A stretch of 42,306 nucleotides of DNA from Ilumatobacteraceae bacterium (lineage in GTDB: Bacteria; Actinomycetota; Acidimicrobiia; Acidimicrobiales; Ilumatobacteraceae), in the NCBI GenBank assembly GCA_049593815.1, contig JBAWHL010000531.1:1-42306 (forward strand), given 5' to 3'. A program made the position numbers and the translations under genes. The notes beneath the pieces were generated by a model. That model searched no databases, had not been told where the DNA came from, and saw only the letters and a list, made by a program, of their open reading frames with translations. The number at the start of each line of letters is the position of its first letter. Position 1 is the first letter of the stretch. Below, in pieces: positions 1 to 10,044 of this stretch.

Positions 1-122
1 GTGGAGTACCCGAGCGACTCGATGCGGCCCGCCGTCTCGGCTGCCTGACCGGCGCTGACGCCGTCGGTGTGGAACCAGACACCGAGGTTCGATGGGCCGG
101 TGAGTCGCTCTCGTGCAGTCAT
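1..122 (-). CDS. Partial CDS (N-terminus only): luciferase-like (LLM class) flavin/F420-dependent oxidoreductase
   Basis: Own translation of the minus strand from ATG at 122: MTARERLTGPSNLGVWFHTDGVSAGQAAETAGRIESLGYS. This resembles the N-terminal beta1-alpha1 of LLM-class oxidoreductases. It runs off the window edge and is not in the ORF track. Confidence 0.4.
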   Translation of the reverse strand, partial: MTARERLTGPSNLGVWFHTDGVSAGQAAETAGRIESLGYS

Positions 123-156
123 GCGGCCGACGTTACGACGGAGCCCCCGCCGGTGA

Positions 157-1377
157 TCAGTCGGGGAGCATGGGCATCGTCATCCCCGGGTCGCCGCGCA
201 TCGTCGTGGCGCGTCGAATCGACGACGAACCGAACCGGTCACGCACGGCATCGACGACCAACTCCAGTCCCGGTGCTTCGGTCCGGTCGAACGCCAAGGC
301 CAGTTGAACGGCACCGGCGTTCTGCAGGTTGCCGACCGAGACACCGAGCAGGGTGAGCCCCCGGCTGTTCAACAACTCCCAGTTGGCGTCGAGCAGCGCG
401 GCCGCAGTGCCGTGGATCGTGGAGGTCGACGCCGTCGCGGCCGGTAGCGAATACGAACGCGTGGCCCGTGCGAAGTCGTCGAAACGGACTCGCAGGGTGA
501 TCGTTCGGCCCACCCGTTCGGCGCTGCGCATCCGGCGGGTGATTCGATCGACCAACCGCCAGAGGACCACGTCGATCTCGTCGCGCGAGCGCGAGCGGCG
601 CCCGAGGGCCTGCTGGGAACCGATGGAGCGGCGTCGCCGGCCGGTCTCGACGGGCCGTGGGTCGTGGTTGTGGGCGAGGGCGTGGAGGTGGCGGCCGCTG
701 GCCGGGCCGACGATGCCGGTCAGCGCGGCCTCCGACAGATCGGCCACATCGGCCACGGTGTGGATGCCGCGCTGTGCGAGCTTGTCGGCGGTGATCCGAC
801 CCACTCCCCAGAGCCGCTGAACGGGGAGCGGATGCAGGAAGGCGAGCTCGGCGTCGGGCTCGACCACGAGCAGGCCGTCGGGCTTGCCGACGGCGCTGGC
901 GACCTTGGCGAGGAACTTCGTGCGCGCGATCCCGACGGTGATCGGCAATCCGACCTCATCGGCGACGCGCCGGCGCAGGACGGTGGCGATCTCGCGTGGT
1001 GTCCCGGCGAGCCTCCAGAGACCGGCCACGTCGATGAACGCCTCGTCGATCGACATCGGCTCGACCGTGGGTGACGTGTCGCGGAAGATGGTGAACACGT
1101 CCTCGCTCGCCGCGGTGTAGGCATCGAATCGAGGGGCGACCCCGATCAGGTCGGGGCACACGCGTCGCGCGGCGTGCGCCGGCATCGCGGTGCGCACTCC
1201 CATGCGCTTCGCCTCGTAGCTCGCGGCCAGGACGACGCCGCCGGTCGCCGAGCAGCCGACGGCGATCGGCTTGCCGCGCAGCGACGGGTCGTCGCGCTGC
1301 TCGACCGAGGCGTAGAAGGAGTCGAGGTCGGCGTGCAGCACCGTCGCGGTGGATCGGGGTGGCGCAGACTCGGACAT
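157..1377 (-). CDS. dinB: DNA polymerase IV (Y-family translesion polymerase)
   Basis: ORF 157..1413 (-). N-terminal motif VLHADLDSFYASVEQRDDPSLRGKPIAVG and SIDEAFIDV are typical of DinB. The track start at 1413 is a TTG; ATG at 1386 or 1377 is more likely. Confidence 0.9.
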   Translation of the reverse strand: MSESAPPRSTATVLHADLDSFYASVEQRDDPSLRGKPIAVGCSATGGVVLAASYEAKRMGVRTAMPAHAARRVCPDLIGVAPRFDAYTAASEDVFTIFRDTSPTVEPMSIDEAFIDVAGLWRLAGTPREIATVLRRRVADEVGLPITVGIARTKFLAKVASAVGKPDGLLVVEPDAELAFLHPLPVQRLWGVGRITADKLAQRGIHTVADVADLSEAALTGIVGPASGRHLHALAHNHDPRPVETGRRRRSIGSQQALGRRSRSRDEIDVVLWRLVDRITRRMRSAERVGRTITLRVRFDDFARATRSYSLPAATASTSTIHGTAAALLDANWELLNSRGLTLLGVSVGNLQNAGAVQLALAFDRTEAPGLELVVDAVRDRFGSSSIRRATTMRGDPGMTMPMLPD

Positions 1378-1426
1378 CGAACACATGTTCGCACGTCGGG
1401 TGCAGCGCTGCAACCCGTTCTGGTTC

Positions 1427-1462
1427 CGGTTGCGGTTGCGGTTGCGGTCGCGGTCGCGGTCA
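1427..1462. repeat. Hexanucleotide tandem repeat (CGGTTG)3(CGGTCG)2CGGTCA
   Basis: Read directly from the sequence. There are six consecutive 6-bp units. The last unit contains the stop codon (1460-1462) of the GGCT-like gene. The array lies in the gap upstream of dinB. Confidence 0.9.
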
Positions 1463-1909
1463 GGCGAGTGGACGGTGGGTGAGCCAGTTGCCGGAGACGA
1501 TGGGAAGCAGATCGAGCCCGGACCCGTACCGATAGGACCAGGCGATGACGCCGGACTCGGTGACGACGGCGATGCGGGTGTAGCGGCCGCCGACGACGTC
1601 TTCGACCTCGTCGAGCACCTCGAGCGCCTCGGTCAGGGACTCGGGGCGCAGGCCGAACACCCGGCCGTGGATTCGGGCATCGGTACGCGGTTCGTTCGCG
1701 TCGGCGAAGACCGCGGCGGGATAGTCGAAGCCCGTGTCGAAGAGCTCGCCGACGACCGTGTCTGCGCACCCGTCGTCGAGGACCCATGGCTCGAGGAAGT
1801 GCCAGCGGACATCGCCCGGCAGCAGCGTTCCGTACACGAAGACGTGGGAGATCCCGGCGGGGTCCCGACGGCACGCCGCGTTGCTCGTCGGTGTGCCGTC
1901 CACGCTCAC
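1460..1909 (-). CDS. Gamma-glutamylcyclotransferase / AIG2-like (GGACT) family protein
   Basis: This is the C-terminal 130-149 aa of ORF 1460..2575 (-): VFVYGTLLPGDVRWHFL...GELFDTGFDYPAAVF...IHGRVFGL, a GGCT-like fold signature (YGTL, E in GELF). An in-frame GTG at 1909-1907 overlaps the potC stop TGA (1908-1906) as GTGA. Confidence 0.7.
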   Translation of the reverse strand: MSVDGTPTSNAACRRDPAGISHVFVYGTLLPGDVRWHFLEPWVLDDGCADTVVGELFDTGFDYPAAVFADANEPRTDARIHGRVFGLRPESLTEALEVLDEVEDVVGGRYTRIAVVTESGVIAWSYRYGSGLDLLPIVSGNWLTHRPLA

Positions 1910-2721
1910 GACGTCGAGTCTCGGCGCTCGCGTGCGCCCCAGACCGTGCCGGCGAGCATGAGGGCGACGCTGACCACGAGGATGGCCGTGGCCAGCACGT
2001 TGACCTCGGGAGGGAACTTCACACGGAAGCTGCCGTTGATGTACAGCGGGAACGTCACCAGGGAGCCGGCGTTGAACAGGGTGATGATGAAGTCGTCGAG
2101 CGAGAGCGCGAACGACAGCAGCGCTGCTGCCAGGATGCCGGGCAGGATCAACGGGAAGGTGACCTTCCAGAAGGTGCGCAGCGGCGATGCTCCGAGATCC
2201 TGGGCGGCCTGCTCCAGGGTCCAGTCGAACCCGCGCACGCGGGCCCGCACGGTCAGTGCCACGAAGCTGACCTGGAACATCACGTGGGCGATCACCACGG
2301 TGGTGAATCCGCGGGTGATGTCCCAGTCGAGGAACAATGTCGCCAACGAGGAGCCGAGCACGATCTCCGGCGTCGTCAACGGGAGCACGAGCAGGAAGTT
2401 CAAGCCGCCGCTGCCCTTGAACTGGTAACGCGCCAATGCGATGGCGATCAGCGAGCCGAGCAGCGTGGCGACGAGGGTCGAGAGCGCGGCGATCTTCAGG
2501 CTCTCGATGAACGCGTTCGTCAACGACTCGTCGCCGAACGGATCGGCCCAGTTGGACAGCGTGAATTCCTGCCACTCGACGTTGTAGTTGCCCTTCGGCT
2601 TGTTGAACGAGAAGGCGACGATCCAGATGATCGGGACGAAGAGGTAGACGAGCGCCAGGCCCGCGTACACGTTCAGCGCGGTTCGGGCGATGCGCCCACC
2701 GGTGGACGACGGGACGCTCAT
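1906..2721 (-). CDS. potC: Spermidine/putrescine ABC transporter permease (PotC-type)
   Basis: 271 aa, 6-TM MetI-like permease. It has an EAA-type loop (LEQAAQDLGASPLRTFWKVTFPLILPG) and sits in the pot operon. Confidence 0.88.
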   Translation of the reverse strand: MSVPSSTGGRIARTALNVYAGLALVYLFVPIIWIVAFSFNKPKGNYNVEWQEFTLSNWADPFGDESLTNAFIESLKIAALSTLVATLLGSLIAIALARYQFKGSGGLNFLLVLPLTTPEIVLGSSLATLFLDWDITRGFTTVVIAHVMFQVSFVALTVRARVRGFDWTLEQAAQDLGASPLRTFWKVTFPLILPGILAAALLSFALSLDDFIITLFNAGSLVTFPLYINGSFRVKFPPEVNVLATAILVVSVALMLAGTVWGARERRDSTS

Positions 2722-2749
2722 GTCAGCGCCCTCATGTCAGCGCCCTCAT
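2718..2749. repeat. 14-bp tandem repeat at the potB/potC junction (TCATGTCAGCGCCC x2 plus a third partial unit)
   Basis: TCAT recurs at 2718, 2732 and 2746 (period 14). On the minus strand each unit reads ATGAGGGCGCTGAC. See findings. Confidence 0.9.
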
Positions 2750-3825
2750 GTCAGGTCTTCCGTGCCGAAGAAGCGGCTGTAGATCACGACGAACACCGTG
2801 ATGATGAACATCAGCACGAACGACATCGCCGATGCGAGCGGCACGTTGTTCTGCACCAGGAACTGGTCCTGGATCGAATTGCCGATCATCGTCGTGTTCG
2901 GGCTGCCGAGGTACAGCGAGTTGACGAAGTCGCCCGCTGCCGGAATGAACGTGAGGAGCGTCCCGGCGAAGATGCCCGGGATCGACAGCGGCAGCACGAC
3001 CTTGGCGAACGCCGACGTCGACGTCGAGTAGAGGTCCTTGGCCGCGTCGACGAGGCGGACGTCGATCTTCTCCAGGCTGACGTAGATCGGCAGCACCATG
3101 AACGGCAGGAAGTTGTACGTGAGGCCGAAGACGACCGCGGCGGGCGTGTTGATCAATCGGCCGTTGTCCATGATGCCCGCCGTCTCGAACAGTCCGGAGA
3201 CGTGGAACGATTCGATCAGTCCCACGATCACCCCTTCGTCGGACAGCAGGCTGCGCCAGGCGATCGTGCGAATCAGGTACGACGTGAAGAACGGGATGAC
3301 CACGAGACCGAGCAGCAGCGTGCGGTACCGGCCGCCGCGGAACGCAATCACGTAGGCCAGCGGATATCCGATGGCGATGGTCAGGGCGGTCGCGATGCCC
3401 GCGTAGAGGAATGCCCGTTGGAACTGCGGTCCGAAGTCGGTGAACGCGTCGACGTAGTTCCCGAAGTTCCAGTCGAAGTCGGCTTCGACGGCGAACCGGC
3501 TGGGCAGTGTCGACAGCGACAGGCGGAGCAGGGTGAACAGCGGCGCCAGGTAGAACAGCGCGAGCCACAACATGCCGGGTTTCAGCAGCCCGTACGGTGC
3601 GATCTTGCGTCGGGTCTCGGGCGTGCCGGTGACCGCGACCACCACGAGCATCAAGACGCTCGCCAGCACGAGCGACAGCGCGACGATCGCGAGTGGGCCC
3701 GTGAGGATGCGGGTGCCGACGGCGACGAGGAGCACCCCGGCGCCGACGAGCGCGCCGAGGCCGAGCAGCTCCGGGCGTCTGACGCCCGTGCGCTCGACCT
3801 TCGGTCGCTCGACGGTGGTGGTCAC
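2746..3825 (-). CDS. potB: Spermidine/putrescine ABC transporter permease (PotB-type)
   Basis: 359 aa with a GTG start at 3825. Polytopic permease with an EAA loop (VDAAKDLYSTSTSAFAKVVLPLSIPG). Its N-terminal extension carries an extra TM segment. Confidence 0.88.
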   Translation of the reverse strand: MTTTVERPKVERTGVRRPELLGLGALVGAGVLLVAVGTRILTGPLAIVALSLVLASVLMLVVVAVTGTPETRRKIAPYGLLKPGMLWLALFYLAPLFTLLRLSLSTLPSRFAVEADFDWNFGNYVDAFTDFGPQFQRAFLYAGIATALTIAIGYPLAYVIAFRGGRYRTLLLGLVVIPFFTSYLIRTIAWRSLLSDEGVIVGLIESFHVSGLFETAGIMDNGRLINTPAAVVFGLTYNFLPFMVLPIYVSLEKIDVRLVDAAKDLYSTSTSAFAKVVLPLSIPGIFAGTLLTFIPAAGDFVNSLYLGSPNTTMIGNSIQDQFLVQNNVPLASAMSFVLMFIITVFVVIYSRFFGTEDLT

Positions 3826-3829
3826 CGCA

Positions 3830-5068
3830 TCAGGCTCCGGTGATCGCAGAGAACGCGGCGTCGTACTCGGCCTCGACCTCCTCGGAGAGCTGGGCGAACG
3901 ACTGGGTGTTCGCCAGCGTGGCCTCGTCGGGGAAGATCAGCGGATCGTTGGCGAGATCGGGGTCGATCTTCTCGACCTCGGCGCGGACACCGGTCACGGG
4001 TGAGACGTAGCCGACCCACGCGGTGATCTGGGCGGCCTGGACCGGGTCGTACACGAAGTCCATCCACTTGGCAGCGGCGTCGATGTTGGTGGCCCCCTTC
4101 GGGATGACCATCGCATCGGCCCACGCCGTCGCACCGGATTCGGGGAACACGAACCGGACCGCAGGATTGTCGCGGGCGATCGCCGCGACGTCGCCCGACC
4201 ATCCGATGGTCACCGCCAGGTTGCCGTTCGACAGGTCGTCGAAGTAGTCGTTGCCGTGGAAGCGTCGGATCTGGCCATCGGCCTTCGCCTGCTCCAACTT
4301 GTCGAACGCGGGTGCCGCTTCGTCGTAGGAGGAGAGTGTGGAGATGTCGATGCCGAGGCTCATGGCGATCACGCCGATCGTGTCGCGCATCTCGGTGAGG
4401 GCCCCGACCTTGCCGGCGAACTCCGGGTCGAAGAGGTCGTCGACGCTGGACAGCTCTCGCCCCGTCACGTCGATGTTGTAGGCGATGCCCGCGAACCCTG
4501 TCTGCCACGGGAGGCTGTACGTGCCGTCGGGATCCCACGCCGCGCCCTGGAGGTCCGGGCGCAGGTTGGCGGCGTTCGGGATCAGGTCGAGCGGGAGTTC
4601 GTCCAGCCAGCCCAGCGTGATCAACCGACCGACGAGCCAGCCGGTCGGGGCGATGATGTCCGGATCGATCGGTTCCCCACGACCGAGCAGGGGCTGGATC
4701 TTGGCGAAGTACTCGTTGTTGTCGTTGAACGCCTCGGTGTAGCGCATGTCGATGCCGGTCGCTTCGGTGAACCGGTCGACGGAGCCGGTGAGGCCGTCCT
4801 CGGTCGGGTCGATGTACGACGGCCAGTTCTCGAAGAAGAGCTCGTTGCCGCCGCCACCGCTGCTCCCACCGTCACCGGACGTCGCGGGGCTCGAGCCGGA
4901 CGAGCCCGACGAATCGCCGTCGCTGCCGCCGCACGCCGCCAGCAGGGCGGGCAGGGACACACCCGCGGCGCCGAGTGCGCCGGCGCGAGCGAGGAGCTGG
5001 CGCCGGGTCAGCGGCCCGCGTGCGCCGAGGAGCGGATTGGTGAATGGGTTGGTTCGGCGAGTGGTCAT
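3830..5068 (-). CDS. potD: Polyamine (spermidine/putrescine) ABC substrate-binding lipoprotein
   Basis: 412 aa. It has a twin-arginine-like signal (TRRQLLARAGALGAAG) followed by the lipobox LLAACGG. The mature part resembles PotD/PotF-family periplasmic binding proteins. Confidence 0.85.
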   Translation of the reverse strand: MTTRRTNPFTNPLLGARGPLTRRQLLARAGALGAAGVSLPALLAACGGSDGDSSGSSGSSPATSGDGGSSGGGGNELFFENWPSYIDPTEDGLTGSVDRFTEATGIDMRYTEAFNDNNEYFAKIQPLLGRGEPIDPDIIAPTGWLVGRLITLGWLDELPLDLIPNAANLRPDLQGAAWDPDGTYSLPWQTGFAGIAYNIDVTGRELSSVDDLFDPEFAGKVGALTEMRDTIGVIAMSLGIDISTLSSYDEAAPAFDKLEQAKADGQIRRFHGNDYFDDLSNGNLAVTIGWSGDVAAIARDNPAVRFVFPESGATAWADAMVIPKGATNIDAAAKWMDFVYDPVQAAQITAWVGYVSPVTGVRAEVEKIDPDLANDPLIFPDEATLANTQSFAQLSEEVEAEYDAAFSAITGA

Positions 5069-5137
5069 GACGTCCTTCGGGTCGGTTGATGGGTTCGGTG
5101 GAGGTGGTTGCGGTCGGTGAGGGTGCGGCGTGCGCGA

Positions 5138-6280
<1,143 letters not shown>

Positions 6281-6418
6281 CTGCGCCCTGCTCTCTCGGA
6301 CCCGGTGTTCATGCGAGGGGGAGAATAGCCCGGTTCACGCACGCGTTCGACGGCGTCGACGGGTCCTTCACGAAGCGGCAACAATCGGCCCGTTCACCCC
6401 CATCGCGCGTGGCAATCT

Positions 6419-7864
6419 GTGCGGATGGCAACGACGCTGTCTCAACTCAATTCCAACTTCATCGGTGGCGATTGGCAGGCCGCCGCCGACGGCGCGACCG
6501 ACGAGGTCGTCAACCCGGCAACCGGTGCCGTGATCGGGTCCGTGCCCGCGTCCGGCGCCGCCGATGTCGACGCCGCAGTGCACGCGGCGTCTGCCGCGTT
6601 TCCGGCCTGGGCAGCACTCACGCCGCGCGAGCGGAGCGAGATCCTCCACCGGGTCGCCGACATCGTCGACGACAACATCGAGGAGCTGTCGAAGATCGAG
6701 TGCGAGAACGTCGGCAAGCCTGTCGGGATCGTCGAGTTCGAGATGGACCTCACACAGGACAACTGGCGGTTCTTCGCCTCGGCCTGCCGCTTCCTCGAGG
6801 GCAAGGCGGCGGGGGAGTACATGTCCGGCTACACCTCGATGGTGCGGCGTGACCCGCTCGGGGTCGTTGCGTCGATCACCCCCTGGAACTACCCGCTGAA
6901 CATGGCGACGTGGAAGCTCGGTCCGGCCCTCGCCGCGGGCAACACCGTGGTGCTCAAGCCGTCCGAGCTCACGCCGTACTCGGTGCTGCGTCTGGCCGAA
7001 CTGACCGCCGACGTGCTGCCTCCCGGTGTGCTCAACGTGGTGTGCGGTCAGGGTCACGTGGCAGGCCAAGCGCTCAGCGAGCATCCGGACATCGCGATGA
7101 TCTCGATCACCGGCAGCGTCGGCGCCGGCAAGGCGGTCGCTCGTTCCTCGGCGGAGTCACTCAAGCGTGTGCATCTGGAACTCGGCGGCAAGGCACCGGT
7201 GATCGTCTTCGACGACGCCGACATCGAGGCCGCGATCGAGACGCTCAAGGGCATGGCGTACTACAACTCCGGTCAGGACTGCACCGCACCGTGTCGGGTG
7301 ATCGCCGGAGCCAAGGTCTATGACGACTTCGTCGCGGGATTGACCGACGCCGTCGGATCGATCGTCACGGGTGACCCGATGGCCGAGTCGACCGAGATGG
7401 GGCCGGTGGTGTCGTCGGCGCAGCTCGATCGCGTTGCCGGATTCGTCGATCGGGCACGCGAGGCCGGCGGTGAGGTGACCGTCGGTGGTCAGCGCAAGTC
7501 CGGCGCCGGGTTCTTCTACGAACCGTCCGTCGTCGTCGGCGTCGATCAGGCGTCGGAGATCATCCAGCGCGAGGTGTTCGGTCCGGTCGTCACGGTGCAG
7601 CCCGCGGCGGATGAGGAGACGGCGCTCGCCATGGCAAACGACGTCGACTACGGGCTCGCCGCGAGCGTGTGGACCGCCGACGTCGGCCGGGCGATGCGCA
7701 TGAGCAAGGCGCTGCAGTTCGGCGCGGTGTGGGTCAACGACCACATCCCGATCGTGTCGGAGATGCCCCATGGCGGCTTCAAGCAGTCCGGCTACGGCAA
7801 GGACATGTCGATGTACGCCGTCGAGGCCTACACCGAGGTCAAGCACGTCATGATCAAGCACTGA
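6419..7864 (+). CDS. patD: Gamma-aminobutyraldehyde dehydrogenase (NAD-dependent aldehyde dehydrogenase, PatD/YdcW type)
   Basis: 481 aa, with close recalled similarity to E. coli PatD along the whole length ([68 protein letters not shown]). The start is GTG 6419 or ATG 6425. It is divergent from the pot operon. Confidence 0.88.
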   Translation: MRMATTLSQLNSNFIGGDWQAAADGATDEVVNPATGAVIGSVPASGAADVDAAVHAASAAFPAWAALTPRERSEILHRVADIVDDNIEELSKIECENVGKPVGIVEFEMDLTQDNWRFFASACRFLEGKAAGEYMSGYTSMVRRDPLGVVASITPWNYPLNMATWKLGPALAAGNTVVLKPSELTPYSVLRLAELTADVLPPGVLNVVCGQGHVAGQALSEHPDIAMISITGSVGAGKAVARSSAESLKRVHLELGGKAPVIVFDDADIEAAIETLKGMAYYNSGQDCTAPCRVIAGAKVYDDFVAGLTDAVGSIVTGDPMAESTEMGPVVSSAQLDRVAGFVDRAREAGGEVTVGGQRKSGAGFFYEPSVVVGVDQASEIIQREVFGPVVTVQPAADEETALAMANDVDYGLAASVWTADVGRAMRMSKALQFGAVWVNDHIPIVSEMPHGGFKQSGYGKDMSMYAVEAYTEVKHVMIKH

Positions 7865-7908
7865 CCCGGAGAACTGCTGAGCCGCGTCGGGACCTCGGGG
7901 ACCTCGAC

Positions 7909-7939
7909 GTTACAAATGGGGTCTGACCCCTGTTGTAAC
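7909..7939. repeat. Palindromic intergenic element, core GGGGTCTGACCCC with GTTACA/TGTAAC arms
   Basis: GTTACAAATGGGGTC-T-GACCCCTGTTGTAAC; 13 of 15 arm positions pair. It lies between the convergent stops of patD (7864) and the antiporter (7948). Confidence 0.8.
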
Positions 7940-7947
7940 GGTCGGGG

Positions 7948-9813
7948 TCAGGCTGGGGGGCGGTCGGTGCCGGTGGGGTCGGTGGCGTCGTGGGCGGCGA
8001 TTTCGTCGTCGAGCTGTTGTTGCAGCGACGGCGCGGCCAGCCCGATGACGTCACCGTCGGTCGGGATCGGATCGTTGTGGCACAGCACCGCCATCTTGCC
8101 GTCGACCACGCGGACCATCGGGATGAACAGTTCGTCCTCGAACGCTCCGACGATCGTCGGGCCACCCGGTGCGCCGCGAACGCGCCAACCCTGACGTGAC
8201 CGCTCGTCGAGGGTGGCATAGCTGATGCCCTCGATGCCGATCACTCGTCCCAGGTACTCCTGAGGCACGGACGCATCACCGTTGCGACGCTTGGACGGCA
8301 TCAGCTGGAACACCTCGCGACGACCGAAGACGCGAGCGAATCGGGCAGTCCCGAGCGCATTCACCTCGTCGTTGGACGTGAACGCCAGCAGACGCCCGAT
8401 CCCGCGCAGGTCGAGGGTGTGGGTCGCGTCGTCGGCCAGGACGCTCATCCGTCGGGCCTGGAGCCCTCCGGCGATCGCTCGTGTCACGTTGTACGGGTCG
8501 GTGTCGACGAGCAGCGTCTTGATGTTGCGCTGGTGCAACTCGCCGGCCAACCCGCGGGCCACGGCATGGGCGCCGGCGATCAGCACCCCGTTGGCGTGTG
8601 GATCGGCGAGACCCAGCCACCGGGCGGCCGGCCCAGCGAGGAACCCGTAGACGACGATCGTGCCGATGATCACGAGGAAGACGATCGGGACGATCTTCGA
8701 CGCGTCGGGGATGCCCTCCTGCTCGAGCCGGATCGCGAAGATCGCCGACACCGCAGCGGCGACGATGCCTCGAGGAGCCATCGTCATGAGGAACACACGC
8801 TCACGCCAACTCAACGACGTCCTGACCGACGACACGATCACCGTGAGCGGTCGAGCGACGAGGACGAGGACCGCGAGGAAGACCAGCGACGGCAACAGCA
8901 CGTCGCGCAGCGCGTCGGGGTCGATGCGGGCGGCGAGGAGGATGAAGAGCACCGAGATCAGCAGCGTCCGCAGGCTCTCGTTGAACTCCAGGACCTGGCG
9001 GATCGTCGAACTCTCGCGACGGGCCAGGTACATGCCGAGCACCGTGACCGTCAGCAGCCCGGCCTCCTCCTGCACTTCGTTCGTCAGGACGAACGCGCCG
9101 ATGACGAACGCGAACACGACGGGGACCGTCAGCTGGTCCGGGATCAGGAACCGTCGCAGCGCCGTGTCGAGGACGGCCGCGGCGGCGAGCCCGATGCCCA
9201 CACCGGCGAAGATCGTGAGGAGCACGACGCCGACGACCTTGATGACCGCCTCGTCCGGGTTGTCGAGCAGGACGATCTCGAACGCGACGAGCGCAGCGGT
9301 GGCGCCGATCGGGTCGATGAGCACACCCTCCGCCCGCAGGATCGGCCCGGTCGGCCCGGCGGGACGCACGAAGCGCAGCAGCGGGCCGACGACCGTCGGG
9401 CCGGTCACGACCAGCACGGCGCCCAACACGATGGCCGCCTGATTCGAGATTCCGAAGATCTCCCTCGCTCCGTACCATCCGATCGCGAACGTCAGTGCCG
9501 CGCCGATCGTGATGAGTCGCCGCACGACCGTGCCGGTGTTGCGCAGTTCCCTCGGTGGGAGGTCGAGCCCGCCTTCGAAGAGGATGAGCGCGACGGCGAG
9601 CGACACGAGTGGGAACAGCGTGCCGCCGAGCAGTTCGTCGGGGTCGACGATGCCCGTGACGGGGCCGAGCAACAGTCCGGCCACGAGCAGGGCGATGATC
9701 GACGGGACCTGGGCGCGCCAGGCGAGCCACTGCGCCAACATGCCCGCGCCGAGGATCACCGCAAGGGTCGGCCCGAACGACGATTCGCTCGCCGCGACGA
9801 TGCTGAAGTTCAC
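7948..9813 (-). CDS. Cation:proton antiporter (CPA1/NhaP-like) with C-terminal RCK/TrkA-like domains
   Basis: 621 aa with a GTG start. About 400 aa of polytopic Na_H_exchanger-like sequence is followed by a soluble tail (VLIAGAHAVARGLAGELHQRNIKTLLVDTD...) resembling TrkA-N/TrkA-C. Confidence 0.82.
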   Translation of the reverse strand: MNFSIVAASESSFGPTLAVILGAGMLAQWLAWRAQVPSIIALLVAGLLLGPVTGIVDPDELLGGTLFPLVSLAVALILFEGGLDLPPRELRNTGTVVRRLITIGAALTFAIGWYGAREIFGISNQAAIVLGAVLVVTGPTVVGPLLRFVRPAGPTGPILRAEGVLIDPIGATAALVAFEIVLLDNPDEAVIKVVGVVLLTIFAGVGIGLAAAAVLDTALRRFLIPDQLTVPVVFAFVIGAFVLTNEVQEEAGLLTVTVLGMYLARRESSTIRQVLEFNESLRTLLISVLFILLAARIDPDALRDVLLPSLVFLAVLVLVARPLTVIVSSVRTSLSWRERVFLMTMAPRGIVAAAVSAIFAIRLEQEGIPDASKIVPIVFLVIIGTIVVYGFLAGPAARWLGLADPHANGVLIAGAHAVARGLAGELHQRNIKTLLVDTDPYNVTRAIAGGLQARRMSVLADDATHTLDLRGIGRLLAFTSNDEVNALGTARFARVFGRREVFQLMPSKRRNGDASVPQEYLGRVIGIEGISYATLDERSRQGWRVRGAPGGPTIVGAFEDELFIPMVRVVDGKMAVLCHNDPIPTDGDVIGLAAPSLQQQLDDEIAAHDATDPTGTDRPPA

Positions 9814-10044
9814 CAGCCCATCACCAGGCTCAACAGTTCGGGCCCGCGCCGGTCGACATCCGGTCGGAGCGTAGCCGGGGCTCGGTCGTCTGTCATCGGT
9901 CTCTCAGCCGTCTCTCAGCAACATGCTCTGACCAGGCGCGTCGCGGGCAGCCGTCGCGGCGGTCGTGCGTCGCCGGCGATGTCGGTGACGAGGAGCGGCG
10001 GTGGACGGGGGCCGGAGCGCGCCGTGGGGGGATACGGTCGCACC

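Noticed and set aside
1786-3843. 685-aa ORF on the plus strand, plus other long ORFs opposite the pot genes.
   Set aside because: It is antisense to the well-supported potB/potC permeases. The translation is Arg/Asp/Glu/His-rich low-complexity sequence, typical of shadow ORFs in high-GC DNA.
7909-7939. Palindromic elements considered as MITEs or IS remnants.
   Set aside because: They are only 31-39 bp long with no coding capacity and no clear target-site duplications. The one exception is a doubtful CGTGAC pair at 30826/30861. No transposase is in the window. They are better described as REP-like.
8419-10044. N-terminal ~540 aa of the 955-aa ORF 8419..11286 (+).
   Set aside because: It is antisense to the antiporter gene and compositionally aberrant (runs of D/E/R/H). 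The recognisable hydrolase-OsmC protein begins at ATG 10045.
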